Source of the DNA: Pseudobacteriovorax sp.
Lineage (GTDB): Bacteria; Bdellovibrionota_B; Oligoflexia; Oligoflexales; Oligoflexaceae
NCBI GenBank assembly: GCA_050293845.1
Contig: JBNKNM010000010.1
Coordinates: 1 to 64,000 of the forward strand
Direction of reading: 5' to 3'
DNA length: 64,000 nucleotides
Part shown: in pieces, positions 1 to 8,549 of the stretch
How positions within the stretch are numbered: position 1 is the first letter of the stretch
Layout of the letters: each line of letters starts with the position of its first letter
Notes under the pieces: generated by a model
What the model saw: the letters and a program-made list of their open reading frames with translations, nothing else
Database searches by the model: none
Told to the model about the DNA's origin: nothing
Program-made: the position numbers and the translations under genes

Positions 1-32
1 TTGCCATGTCGATTTAAAACGAAGGCTAACAT
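1..32 (-). CDS. iscB: 5' end of an IscB/IsrB-type RNA-guided endonuclease (IS200/IS605 OMEGA); truncated by the window edge
   Basis: ATG at 32 with a GGAGG RBS at 41-37 reads MLAFVLNRHG. This matches the 'MxVFVLNKxG(K)PLMP' start of the IscB/IsrB PLMP domain and lies directly 3' of an omega-RNA. Only 10 codons are visible, so IscB versus IsrB and intactness cannot be judged. Confidence 0.75.
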   Translation of the reverse strand, partial: MLAFVLNRHG

Positions 33-41
33 AAAACCTCC

Positions 42-338
42 CCGCTAAATCGAAAGCGGTAATGCATGACAGCAAAGCCTAAAAGGCTAGCTAAACTATT
101 ACGACGTCCTCTCGACCAGTTAAAACAGTTTTTTGCGCCTATTGCACTGAGTCTTTGAACTCTGTTTAACAATAGACCACAGAGCAATGGACTGAGGCGG
201 CATCCAAAGGTGTGATATTCTGTCTTAACATCTACTAACATACTGTATTTAAACATCCTTTCTTGCTAGTGGTCTGGTCAACTAGTCTCCCTTGCGAGTC
301 ACCTCACAAGCCCCCTCCTTTAGGTGGGGGTAATTGAC
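42..338 (-). ncRNA. HEARO / omega-RNA scaffold of the IscB element
   Basis: The minus strand begins GTCAATTA-CCCCCACCT-AA-AGGAGGGGG, then CTTGTGAG-GTGA-CTCGCAAG and TAGTTGAC, which closes on GTCAATTA. GTTAAGACAG pairs with CTGTTTTAAC. The motifs ACACC..GGATGCCGCCTCAGTCC, GCTCTG, TTAAACAG, CAGTG and TGGTCGAGAGG follow in the order typical of HEARO RNAs. The 3' end is approximate. Confidence 0.88.
316..338 (-). repeat. 23-bp direct repeat, copy 1 (element end / omega-RNA 5' end)
   Basis: Plus strand tcctttaggtgggggtaattgac; 22/23 identical to 502-524. Confidence 0.95.
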
Positions 339-501
339 CGTTTTGGAGGAATCTATAGGCAACTTTACTGGCAGACGCACTGCCACAAGCCGCGTGAATG
401 GACAATTCTGGGTTATTGGCTATGGAAGTGGAGAAAGCTTGAACTCTTTTCGAAAGTCTGACATCACCAAAATCACAACTAGCAAACTCGCTAAAAGTCA
501 G
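339..501 (-). pseudogene. Fragment of an IS4-family (Tn5/IS50-like) transposase N-terminal DNA-binding domain
   Basis: Translates as SEFASCDFGDVRLSKRVQAFSTSIANNPELSIHAACGSASASKVAYRFLQN, matching the family pattern EF...dlGD.RL..R......P..SI..AC......KaAYRF..N. It has no start of its own, no catalytic domain and no visible terminal repeat. Confidence 0.85.
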
Positions 502-524
502 TCCTTTAGATGGGGGTAATTGAC
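502..524 (-). repeat. 23-bp direct repeat, copy 2 (truncated element end)
   Basis: Plus strand tcctttagatgggggtaattgac. It breaks off partway through the second hairpin arm and starts 2 bp after the stop codon of 527..943. Confidence 0.95.
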
Positions 525-526
525 GG

Positions 527-943
527 TTAATGGGCTGGCTGAGTTGCGTCGATACTACGAAATACAACAGCTGTACCAGCCATGGCTTGGCCTGTCTGAT
601 TATACCTAGAGACCTCTATCTTATGTATGGCATCACCTCCGGCAAGATAGGCTTGTTTTTTAAGGGATTCGAATAGATCGTCCAGAGTCACATCGCTTCC
701 TGATACAAAGGCTTCGATGATTGCCATATCTTGGATTTTCCCTTCCGGTCGTTCTTTGTAATAGATTTTTATTTTTTGCCATGCCTGATCTTTAGACTTT
801 TGCTGTGGCTCGGACAAGTGTCGCTCGTGTTGTTTGGCCTCGCTTGATAAGAAGACATAGCTACCATCAAAGCGCTTGCCAGCAGTGATACAGCTGGTTG
901 AGCTTAGAATAACAAGAATCATTGCTGTTCTTAAGGCTTTCAT
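527..943 (-). CDS. Putative lipoprotein, YbjQ/dodecin-like fold
   Basis: Signal peptide ending in STSC; motif 'LFESLKKQAYLAGGDAI...AMAGTAVVF'. Confidence 0.65.
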   Translation of the reverse strand: MKALRTAMILVILSSTSCITAGKRFDGSYVFLSSEAKQHERHLSEPQQKSKDQAWQKIKIYYKERPEGKIQDMAIIEAFVSGSDVTLDDLFESLKKQAYLAGGDAIHKIEVSRYNQTGQAMAGTAVVFRSIDATQPAH

Positions 944-1467
944 TAGTGGGACTCCTGGTGTGTTTCGGTTTCATAGATATCGGCAACTACTTTTTGGTAG
1001 AGCACATCGCGATATTCAGTTTTTATTTTTGTTTCACAGACTAGCTGGGTCTGAGTATGAGTCGCAAATGACGTTATACAGCTACTGTTGCTCCCAATCC
1101 CAGTACAACTTGTTTGTGGGACCGAGACGCTGCGGGATTCATTTCTGCAGTCCTGATAAGGCACTTGAATCGGTTCCAGTTGGGAATAGACATGAAAACT
1201 TATATTGCTGACTATAAGTTGATTATCTGCAGCAATACTAAGGGCTTTATTGAAAATCTTGGGTAGTGTAAAGTCAATGGTCGCCTGATTTGCGCGGCCT
1301 ACAATTTGAACGGTATTGAGAAATTTTTCGTTGCCGAGCAGTTCTGATTGGTACCTAATGTTGTGATACTTAGGCGACAGCAGTAGGTCCGTTGCTGGCA
1401 ACTTCGGAAGTGTCGTGCATGCTTGCAAACAACAATAGAAAAAACTCAAAACTAGAAGAAACTTCAT
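943..1467 (-). CDS. Putative lipoprotein with a Cys-stapled beta-rich insert
   Basis: The likely start is MKFLLVL at 1467 after a GGGGGA RBS. Lipobox LQAC. Its stop overlaps the next start (TAATG). Confidence 0.7.
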   Translation of the reverse strand: MKFLLVLSFFYCCLQACTTLPKLPATDLLLSPKYHNIRYQSELLGNEKFLNTVQIVGRANQATIDFTLPKIFNKALSIAADNQLIVSNISFHVYSQLEPIQVPYQDCRNESRSVSVPQTSCTGIGSNSSCITSFATHTQTQLVCETKIKTEYRDVLYQKVVADIYETETHQESH

Positions 1468-1953
1468 AGGTCCCCCTTCGACCAACATGGATCGATAATA
1501 TACAGCATGACGAGCGGGAGCAAATATTATTGCACTTAAGCCGATGGGTTCACATAGTAATCTAGAATTATGAGTAAGCTAAGGATCTCGATGCTCTTAA
1601 CAGATAGGTCAAATAAATATAATCAGATTTGTTGCCCTCCTTGAGCAAAAAACAGATGTAGTCTAATCGACGTGATTAAAAGATAGGTAAAATGTCTCCT
1701 GATAAGCGGCCCGTGTTCCTTAAATATTTGATCACACGACGAGAACCTCCTCGCACCATATAAGCCAATTCGTCATTATGAATCCCTGGGATACGGTTGA
1801 AGATCGGTTCGTTATCATCTGTGTATCCTACTGCAATTATGTATTTACTAGGCTATCGTTAAAAAATCGTTGAAAACGCTAGTTCTCATAGAAATAAAAT
1901 ACCTATTAAGTGCTTTGATAAGGTACCGAAATAATAACACAGCACAGATATAA

Positions 1954-4836
1954 GTGAAAAAATTCAATCTCGAGCTGCAGATATTGCGTAATAAGATTGC
2001 TACAAAAATCGTACTAGCTTTCGTCATCACAGTCGCCAGCGCTTCTGTGACCTTAGGTATATTTCGCATCTATGAAAGCTACCATGATTCCGTTGATAAT
2101 CGACTGATTTACCAAAAAAATCAAATTGAACTCATCGGTTTAAGTATGCAGTCTCGCATAGAAGAACTGAAAAATGACACCCTATTTTTATCGGCCACCC
2201 CTCCTATCCAAGGTATCCAGCGCGCGCTACACAATAATGGTGTCGATCCTGTTGATGGCTCCAGTACTGCTGTATGGATTGAACGATTAGAAACTATTTT
2301 CAAAGAAATGATCCATGCAAAAAAAAATTATCTACAAATAAGATATATCGGAGTGAAGGATCAAGGTAGAGAATTAGTCAGAGTAGAAAGAATTGGTTCA
2401 AAAGTTATCCGTGTTCCCCAAAAAAAACTGCAACAAAAAGGCCATCGTCCTTATTTTAAACAAACTATTAAGCTTCAACGTAACGAAATATTTCTGTCCG
2501 ATTTTGATCTGAACCAGGAGTTCGGAAAAATTGAAATTCCGATTCAGATGGTAGTGCGCTCAGCTGTACCTATATATGATGAGAATGGCAATTCTATTGG
2601 AATTATCATCATAAATATGAGCTATAACCAAATTTTCAGCACCATGAGAGTATTTGTCGCCAAGTATTCAGATTACTTTGTAGCTGACCATAAAAATCAG
2701 ATTTTGCTGCATTCAAATCCAGATTTCAATTTTGATACGCAAATAGAAAGTATCAAAAAAATCGGTGACTATCTTACTTCTTATCAAGAAGTGGACCACA
2801 AAGGTAAGATAAGTGTACTTAAAACGAACGGCGATAATGCTAAAATTATTGTGAGATATGATCTCTATTACAATATTAACAATAATGAGCAGTTTCTTAG
2901 TATTTTTCTTGCAACAGCCAAAGTAAATTTTTTAAATAATATTTTTAGAAACTTACTTGTCGAGTCGATCATTATTATGAGTTTAATTATCGTATCTATT
3001 CTTGTGGCCATTCTCGTCGCCCGCAAGATCACATATCCACTACAGCGACTAGCGCAAATAGTACCCTTTCTCGACGACCCCATTGCCAGCAAGAAACTCA
3101 AGGAAATATCCCATTCTGATGATGAGATTGGTATTTTAGCAGAAAATATATACCAACTTTCTAGTTCCCTTTTGGAAAAAAATCAAACTTTAAAAGCTCA
3201 AAAAGAAGCCCTTGATTGTACCGCTTTGGTTTTAGAAACTGATCAAAATGGTAACATTATTTATGCAAATGATCAGGCAAGATCCATTTCCGGATACAGT
3301 CAAGAAGAACTCCGTGAGCTTTCTTTAATATCTTTGGCTGACGAGACTTCGAAGCAGAAAGCTAAGCATCTGTTAGAAGAAGGTGATAAAGAGGATCATA
3401 TTAGTAAAAAAGAGCTTTGTTTTCTGTCGAAAGAAGGAAGCAAGTTTTGGGTTCAAGCCACCATCTACCCTGTTTTATTAAAAGATGGGATGAAAAAATT
3501 TGTTACCATTCAATTTGATATCAGCTCTCGGGTATTAGCAGAAAAAGACTTACGTATTGCGAAGGAAAAAGCTGAAAAAATAGCGAAATTTAAGTCGGAT
3601 TTTTTAGCGAATATGAGCCATGAAATTCGTACTCCCATCAGTGGCATTATTGGCTTAAATGACTTTCTTTGTGACAGTGAGCTTAATGAAACTCAAAAAA
3701 AATGGGTACAATCCATCCGTGAAAGTGCTGCCACTCTATTGGTCATTATCAACGATATTCTGGATTTATCTAAATTTGAGTCCGGCAAAGTTGAACTAGA
3801 ATCGTCAACAGTTAATTTAAAGGACCTTGTTAAAGCAATCTTTGATATGCTAAAAGGTAAGGCTGATGCTAAAAATATAATGCTGCAGCATTCTTTTTCC
3901 TCAGAAATACCTCATTTCATTAAAACTGATCCTGCTAGGCTGAGGCAGGTTCTGACTAATATTCTTAGCAATGCCATAAAATTCACAGAACATGGCGAGG
4001 TTTCCTTATCTGTGTCAGCTAAGACTAATGACGATAATAAATATATCATTAAATTTGCCATCCGAGATACAGGAATAGGAATTCCACCTGAAAGAATTCA
4101 AGCTGTGTTTGAACCTTTTACCCAAGCAGATCCCAGTACAACTCGCAAATTCGGGGGAACAGGACTTGGCCTCACCATAACAAAACGCTTTGTGGAGCTT
4201 ATGGGTGGGACGATTCATGTCGAGAGTACAGTTGGCAAGGGTTCCATTTTTTACTTTACTATTAAAGCCGATCCTTATGATGAATCCAAAGCAAACAACA
4301 AGAAAATTGCCGCTATCATACCCAATGATAAGACCATAAAATTAGATAAAAATTTTGCCAGACATTATCCTTGTAAAATTCTTGTTGCAGAAGACAATGA
4401 GGTAAATCAAGAAATCATTAGGATTATATTCTCCAAGTTAGGGTATGATTTCGACCTTGTTTCTTCAGGCGAAGAGGCCCTAAAATTTGCCGAACAAACT
4501 AAATATGATGTTATATTTATGGATATCAGAATGCCGGGAATGATGGGCACTGAAGTATGCAAAATCATCAAATCTACATCTGACTTTGCGAGTCATGGTG
4601 CTTGGATCATCGCTGCAACCGCTAATGTTTTCAAAGAAGATCGCGAAAACTACTACAATATAGGTTTTGATGACTTCCTTCCTAAGCCCTATTCCAAGAA
4701 GCTATTAGCCCACATGCTTACCAACTCCAAGGATCAAAACAGCAACTTAAAACAGGAATTCATGGAAGATCCTTCAACCGATACAAGCCTCAGTACCAAC
4801 CAGCAAACTAAGGCTAAAGATCCAAAATCAGCCTGA
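1954..4836 (+). CDS. Hybrid sensor histidine kinase/response regulator (TM-Cache-TM-HAMP-PAS-HisKA-HATPase-REC)
   Basis: H-box FLANMSHEIRTP, N-box NILSNAIKFT, DTGIGI, GGTGLGL; receiver motifs VAEDN, MDIRMP and KP. Confidence 0.95.
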   Translation: MKKFNLELQILRNKIATKIVLAFVITVASASVTLGIFRIYESYHDSVDNRLIYQKNQIELIGLSMQSRIEELKNDTLFLSATPPIQGIQRALHNNGVDPVDGSSTAVWIERLETIFKEMIHAKKNYLQIRYIGVKDQGRELVRVERIGSKVIRVPQKKLQQKGHRPYFKQTIKLQRNEIFLSDFDLNQEFGKIEIPIQMVVRSAVPIYDENGNSIGIIIINMSYNQIFSTMRVFVAKYSDYFVADHKNQILLHSNPDFNFDTQIESIKKIGDYLTSYQEVDHKGKISVLKTNGDNAKIIVRYDLYYNINNNEQFLSIFLATAKVNFLNNIFRNLLVESIIIMSLIIVSILVAILVARKITYPLQRLAQIVPFLDDPIASKKLKEISHSDDEIGILAENIYQLSSSLLEKNQTLKAQKEALDCTALVLETDQNGNIIYANDQARSISGYSQEELRELSLISLADETSKQKAKHLLEEGDKEDHISKKELCFLSKEGSKFWVQATIYPVLLKDGMKKFVTIQFDISSRVLAEKDLRIAKEKAEKIAKFKSDFLANMSHEIRTPISGIIGLNDFLCDSELNETQKKWVQSIRESAATLLVIINDILDLSKFESGKVELESSTVNLKDLVKAIFDMLKGKADAKNIMLQHSFSSEIPHFIKTDPARLRQVLTNILSNAIKFTEHGEVSLSVSAKTNDDNKYIIKFAIRDTGIGIPPERIQAVFEPFTQADPSTTRKFGGTGLGLTITKRFVELMGGTIHVESTVGKGSIFYFTIKADPYDESKANNKKIAAIIPNDKTIKLDKNFARHYPCKILVAEDNEVNQEIIRIIFSKLGYDFDLVSSGEEALKFAEQTKYDVIFMDIRMPGMMGTEVCKIIKSTSDFASHGAWIIAATANVFKEDRENYYNIGFDDFLPKPYSKKLLAHMLTNSKDQNSNLKQEFMEDPSTDTSLSTNQQTKAKDPKSA

Positions 4837-5077
4837 TCGACCCCATGGCCCCTTTACGCCTGACTCCTCCTATATTGATACCGAAGGTCGAGACCATAGA
4901 ATGCGTCCCCTCTCATCAAGGGACGTGACAAAACAAGAACTTGACATGCATTCCATGAATCAGGAAGTTTTTTTGAAACTACAGTTGAGAATGGAAGTCT
5001 TCAACATCCATACTAGAAATTTTGTCCAGAAATCTATAATCTAAATGAATCTAATGAACATAAAAGCGAGAACGCCC

Positions 5078-5545
5078 ATGCTTCAGTTTAACTTGAACGG
5101 AAAACCGGTAGAGATAGATGTTCCAGAGGATACCCCCCTACTTTGGGTGCTTCGCGAAGAGCTAGGACTAACAGGAACCAAGTTTGGATGTGGCCGAGGC
5201 CTTTGTGGTGCTTGTACCATTCACCTTAATGGCCAAGCTATCCGCTGCTGTATAATCCCCGTTGCCGCTGTTAAGGATCAGTCAGTTCGCACCATTGAAG
5301 CCCTCGACCCTGAACAGCCTCACCCTGTTCAAGTTGCTTGGATGAAGCATAATGTTCCCCAATGCGGTTATTGCCAACCAGGGCAGATCATGCAGGCTAT
5401 TAGCGTGCTTGAGAATCAAAACCAGCCCACAGAACCGAAGCTGCTACTGGAAAAGATAAGTAATAATCTCTGCCGTTGCGGTACCTATCACAAAATAAAG
5501 ACTGCCTTTCTTGAGGTTGCTCAACAGCTAGGAAAGTTAAAATGA
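5078..5545 (+). CDS. iorA: (2Fe-2S)-binding small subunit, isoquinoline 1-oxidoreductase alpha-like
   Basis: GTKFGCGRGLCGACT, QCGYCQPG, NLCRCGTY. The start is probably 5078; the ORF track gives 5045. Confidence 0.88.
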   Translation: MLQFNLNGKPVEIDVPEDTPLLWVLREELGLTGTKFGCGRGLCGACTIHLNGQAIRCCIIPVAAVKDQSVRTIEALDPEQPHPVQVAWMKHNVPQCGYCQPGQIMQAISVLENQNQPTEPKLLLEKISNNLCRCGTYHKIKTAFLEVAQQLGKLK

Positions 5546-7734
5546 TTACAACAACCCGTCGTCAATTTTTAGAGAAAAGCCTCCAAGGTAGCCTAGTCTT
5601 ATCCTTTGCCCCTCTATTCCCATCATGTCACACCATAGCAAAGGAAAAAATGGCGGTGCAAGGTAGCTTCAACAGCCTTTACCTTACAGTAACACCTGAT
5701 AACCAATTCCTGCTGACCTTTGACAAAGTCGAAATGGGACAAGGAGTGATGACAGGTCAAGCCACTCTTTTCGGAGAGGAGGCTGACATTAACCCGGCCT
5801 TATTTAAGCTGAGTCCCGCTCCTGCAGATCAAAGGTACGCTAATCCCGGAGCCATACAAATAACTTCGGGGAGTTCCAGTACCCACCAGCGCTGGTTTAT
5901 CTTAAGGAAAGCAGGTGCAGCATATAGACAGGCATTGCTAAAAGCAGCAGCTAGGATATGGCAGCTCCCCCTTGATAAACTGATAACCGCTGATGGCTAC
6001 ATTGGAACGGCAGATCGTAGCCAATGGACTAGCTATGCCACTTTTAATACAACTTTAAAAGAGGAGGACTTTGAAGATGATCCAAAACTCAAAGACCCTA
6101 GAACTTTTAACTATATTGGCAAATTTGATCGTTCGTTAGATGCTCGGGAAAAGAGCTTGGGATTATGTACTTACGCCATCGACGAAAATCTTCCTGGTAA
6201 AAAGGTCGCTATAGTCATCAGGTGTCCCGTCCATGGTGGTACTCTCAAGACTTTTGACCGAGCAAGTATAGCTAATATTCCAGGCGTTTTTGCTGTATTT
6301 CCTGTGTCGGGAGGTTTGGCAATTGTTTGTAATAAATACTATAAAACCCTCAAAGTAAGATCCCAAATCAAGGCAGAATGGTTATCATGGTCCATACCGG
6401 AAGAGTTCCTTTATGATAGTGAAAAGCTGTTTGATTCATACCAAGCTAAGCTTTCTCCCATACAAAACAACGAGAATAGTGATCATTCCATAGTCCATGC
6501 TATCTATAGCCTGCCATTTCTAGCCCATGCCCCTTTGGAACCGCAAAATTGCTTAGTTAGGTATCAAAAGGGAAGGCTGGATATTTGGGCTGCCACCCAA
6601 AGTCCGACATTAACTAAAGACGTTGGCATCAAAATTAGCGGGCTCCCTTCTGATCAAGTCTTTGTTCACGTCGCCAAATATATGGGGGGAGCTTTTGGAC
6701 GCCAAACCCTCACATCAACCATTGATGCTGTAGAAATAGCTATGCAAGTCGATGCTCCCGTCCAGCTGATTTGGTCGCGTGAGGATGATATGAAGTTCTC
6801 CGCTTTACGACCTATGGCAGTGACCCAGCTGCAAGCCAAAATTGAGGCCAACACCATTAAGGAGTGGCGTTACCAAACAGTTTCACAGTCGCTTATTCAG
6901 GAGTTAATTCGCAAGGGTGGCCCCTATATGATGCCTGGCTGGCTACCGCAATTTATAGGTCGTGGCGCAACAGCACTCGCTGCCAATACTATGAAGGCTT
7001 TTGATATGGCTCCCGCGGCGAAAGAAGGTGCGGAGCAACCTTATGCGTTGCCTTACGATATTGGTATCGTACAAATGGACTCTCCTATTCCGACATTCTT
7101 CTGGCGGTCTGTGGGAAATTCACTTAATGGTTTTGTTATGGAAAGTTTTGTAGACGAAGTGGCTCATGCTATGAACAAAGACCCCTTGATGTTACGCCGC
7201 GAACTGCTGAGAGAGTCTCCTCGTGCCCTTGCCGTTGTCAATAAAGTTGCCGAACTATCGGGATGGGAGGGGCAAAACCCTAGTTCTGATAAAGCCTTAG
7301 GGTTAGCTTATCACTATTCATATCTTACCCACTGCGCCCAAGTTATTGCTATTTCTAAAACCGACGAAAGCTATCGGGTTGATAAGGTTTATACTGTTGT
7401 AGATTGCGGTACAGTGGTCAACCCTCATATTGTCGAGGCGCAGGTGCGATCTTCAGTCATTTTTGGACTATCAGCAGCCCTCTATGGTGAAATCACATTC
7501 AAACAGGGAACCGCTGAGCAAACGAACTATAACTCCTATCGTATCCTAACCCTATCTGAAACTCCTGAAGTAAGCGTATACACTATGCCGAGCCAGGAGC
7601 ATCCTTCGGGTATTGGTGAACCAGCTCTCCCTACGGTAGCAGCTGCTTTAACCAATGCCATTTTTCGAGCCAGTGGTGTCCGCTACCGATCCCTCCCCTT
7701 GGCTAAGGCTATGAAGGAGCGCATGAAAGCATAG
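5542..7734 (+). CDS. iorB: Molybdopterin-binding large subunit, xanthine dehydrogenase family (IorB-like), Tat-exported
   Basis: Twin-arginine TRRQFL, EMGQG, HAPLEPQN, MGGAFGR, WSREDD, FWRSVG, GIGEP. ATGA overlap with iorA. Confidence 0.88.
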   Translation: MITTTRRQFLEKSLQGSLVLSFAPLFPSCHTIAKEKMAVQGSFNSLYLTVTPDNQFLLTFDKVEMGQGVMTGQATLFGEEADINPALFKLSPAPADQRYANPGAIQITSGSSSTHQRWFILRKAGAAYRQALLKAAARIWQLPLDKLITADGYIGTADRSQWTSYATFNTTLKEEDFEDDPKLKDPRTFNYIGKFDRSLDAREKSLGLCTYAIDENLPGKKVAIVIRCPVHGGTLKTFDRASIANIPGVFAVFPVSGGLAIVCNKYYKTLKVRSQIKAEWLSWSIPEEFLYDSEKLFDSYQAKLSPIQNNENSDHSIVHAIYSLPFLAHAPLEPQNCLVRYQKGRLDIWAATQSPTLTKDVGIKISGLPSDQVFVHVAKYMGGAFGRQTLTSTIDAVEIAMQVDAPVQLIWSREDDMKFSALRPMAVTQLQAKIEANTIKEWRYQTVSQSLIQELIRKGGPYMMPGWLPQFIGRGATALAANTMKAFDMAPAAKEGAEQPYALPYDIGIVQMDSPIPTFFWRSVGNSLNGFVMESFVDEVAHAMNKDPLMLRRELLRESPRALAVVNKVAELSGWEGQNPSSDKALGLAYHYSYLTHCAQVIAISKTDESYRVDKVYTVVDCGTVVNPHIVEAQVRSSVIFGLSAALYGEITFKQGTAEQTNYNSYRILTLSETPEVSVYTMPSQEHPSGIGEPALPTVAAALTNAIFRASGVRYRSLPLAKAMKERMKA

Positions 7735-8013
7735 ATATGTTCTAATATATCCCTTGAAATTTATGAGTTTACACTAGAATTTTTTGCCACATATGCAACA
7801 AATGGCACTTCCATTGAGGGATATAATACCTCGATTATTTTTAGAAAATTACTAAAGCGATCTGTCACCTTTCTTTATGTTTGATACTTAAATAATCTTG
7901 TCAATATAGACAGGTATGAGCCATGGGCTGTATCTTCATTTTAAATATCACCATCCAGCAAATGGTCTCCTTTTTGCTTCTTGTTTAAAGAACCAAAATA
8001 CTCCGGAGGATTT

Positions 8014-8313
8014 ATGAAGAACCTATTACTAGGGACTAGAGACTTTCCTATCAAAAAGGTTTGCCACAAATGTAAACGAGCTGATTTTTGTCGAGACATC
8101 GATAAAAAAATGCGAGAACTGCGATCAACTAGCTTCCCTGTATGGGAAAAAGAATTTCAAGAAAGGTTAGGCTACATTTCTGCAGAACTCGAAATGTTAG
8201 GATTCGCCTATCCAGAGGGACGTAAGATCTGCCTTTTGCGCAAAATCTCCTACCGCGATCTTTTGGACCTCATACACTATATCAACACAATAGATCCTGA
8301 AAAATCAGCATAA
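8014..8313 (+). CDS. Hypothetical small protein with CxxC
   Basis: GGAGG RBS before the ATG at 8014. Contains CHKC-x5-C. Followed by the hairpin atcccct-cccat-aggggat near 8357-8375. Confidence 0.6.
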   Translation: MKNLLLGTRDFPIKKVCHKCKRADFCRDIDKKMRELRSTSFPVWEKEFQERLGYISAELEMLGFAYPEGRKICLLRKISYRDLLDLIHYINTIDPEKSA

Positions 8314-8549
8314 TCATCTAATCAGTAAAAATATTTATCCTATCTCTAGCGCAGACATCCCCTCCCATAGGGGATCGCATCCGTAAAGAACCATATATAC
8401 GATAGTTTTGACATATTTCACAACCAAAAAACACGCATCTACTAATTTCTCAAGAAAATTGCTCATGGTCATGCTATGGTGGGCGTCCGGAATGGTGGCC
8501 CGGATCTGGACATTGGATGTGAAAACTATATAATACCCTTAGGCAGTCT

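Larger units (their letters stand above)
1..338 (-). mobile_element. IS200/IS605-superfamily IscB-encoding element (one end visible)
   Basis: Subterminal hairpin CCCCCACCTAAAGGAGGGGG (330-311), omega-RNA and iscB start. The other end lies left of the window. Confidence 0.8.

Noticed and set aside
26..256. 76-aa minus-strand ORF in the track
   Set aside because: It lies inside the omega-RNA scaffold and overlaps the iscB start out of frame; no protein motif.
316..524. Canonical CRISPR array
   Set aside because: Only two repeats, a 163-bp spacer and no cas1/cas2 in the window. Reported instead as a duplicated element end.
304..567. 87-aa ORF as an intact gene
   Set aside because: It is a chimera of an alternate frame of the lipoprotein 3' end, two translated repeat copies (QLPPSKG and QLPPPKG) and the IS4 fragment.
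1676..1852. 58-codon open stretch on the minus strand (PSKYIIAVGYTDDNEPIF...)
   Set aside because: No start codon or RBS at its 5' end and no recognisable family. It could be a gene remnant but is unsupported.
7803..7817. Sigma-54 promoter TGGCAC-N5-TTGA
   Set aside because: The -12 element reads GA instead of the near-invariant GC.
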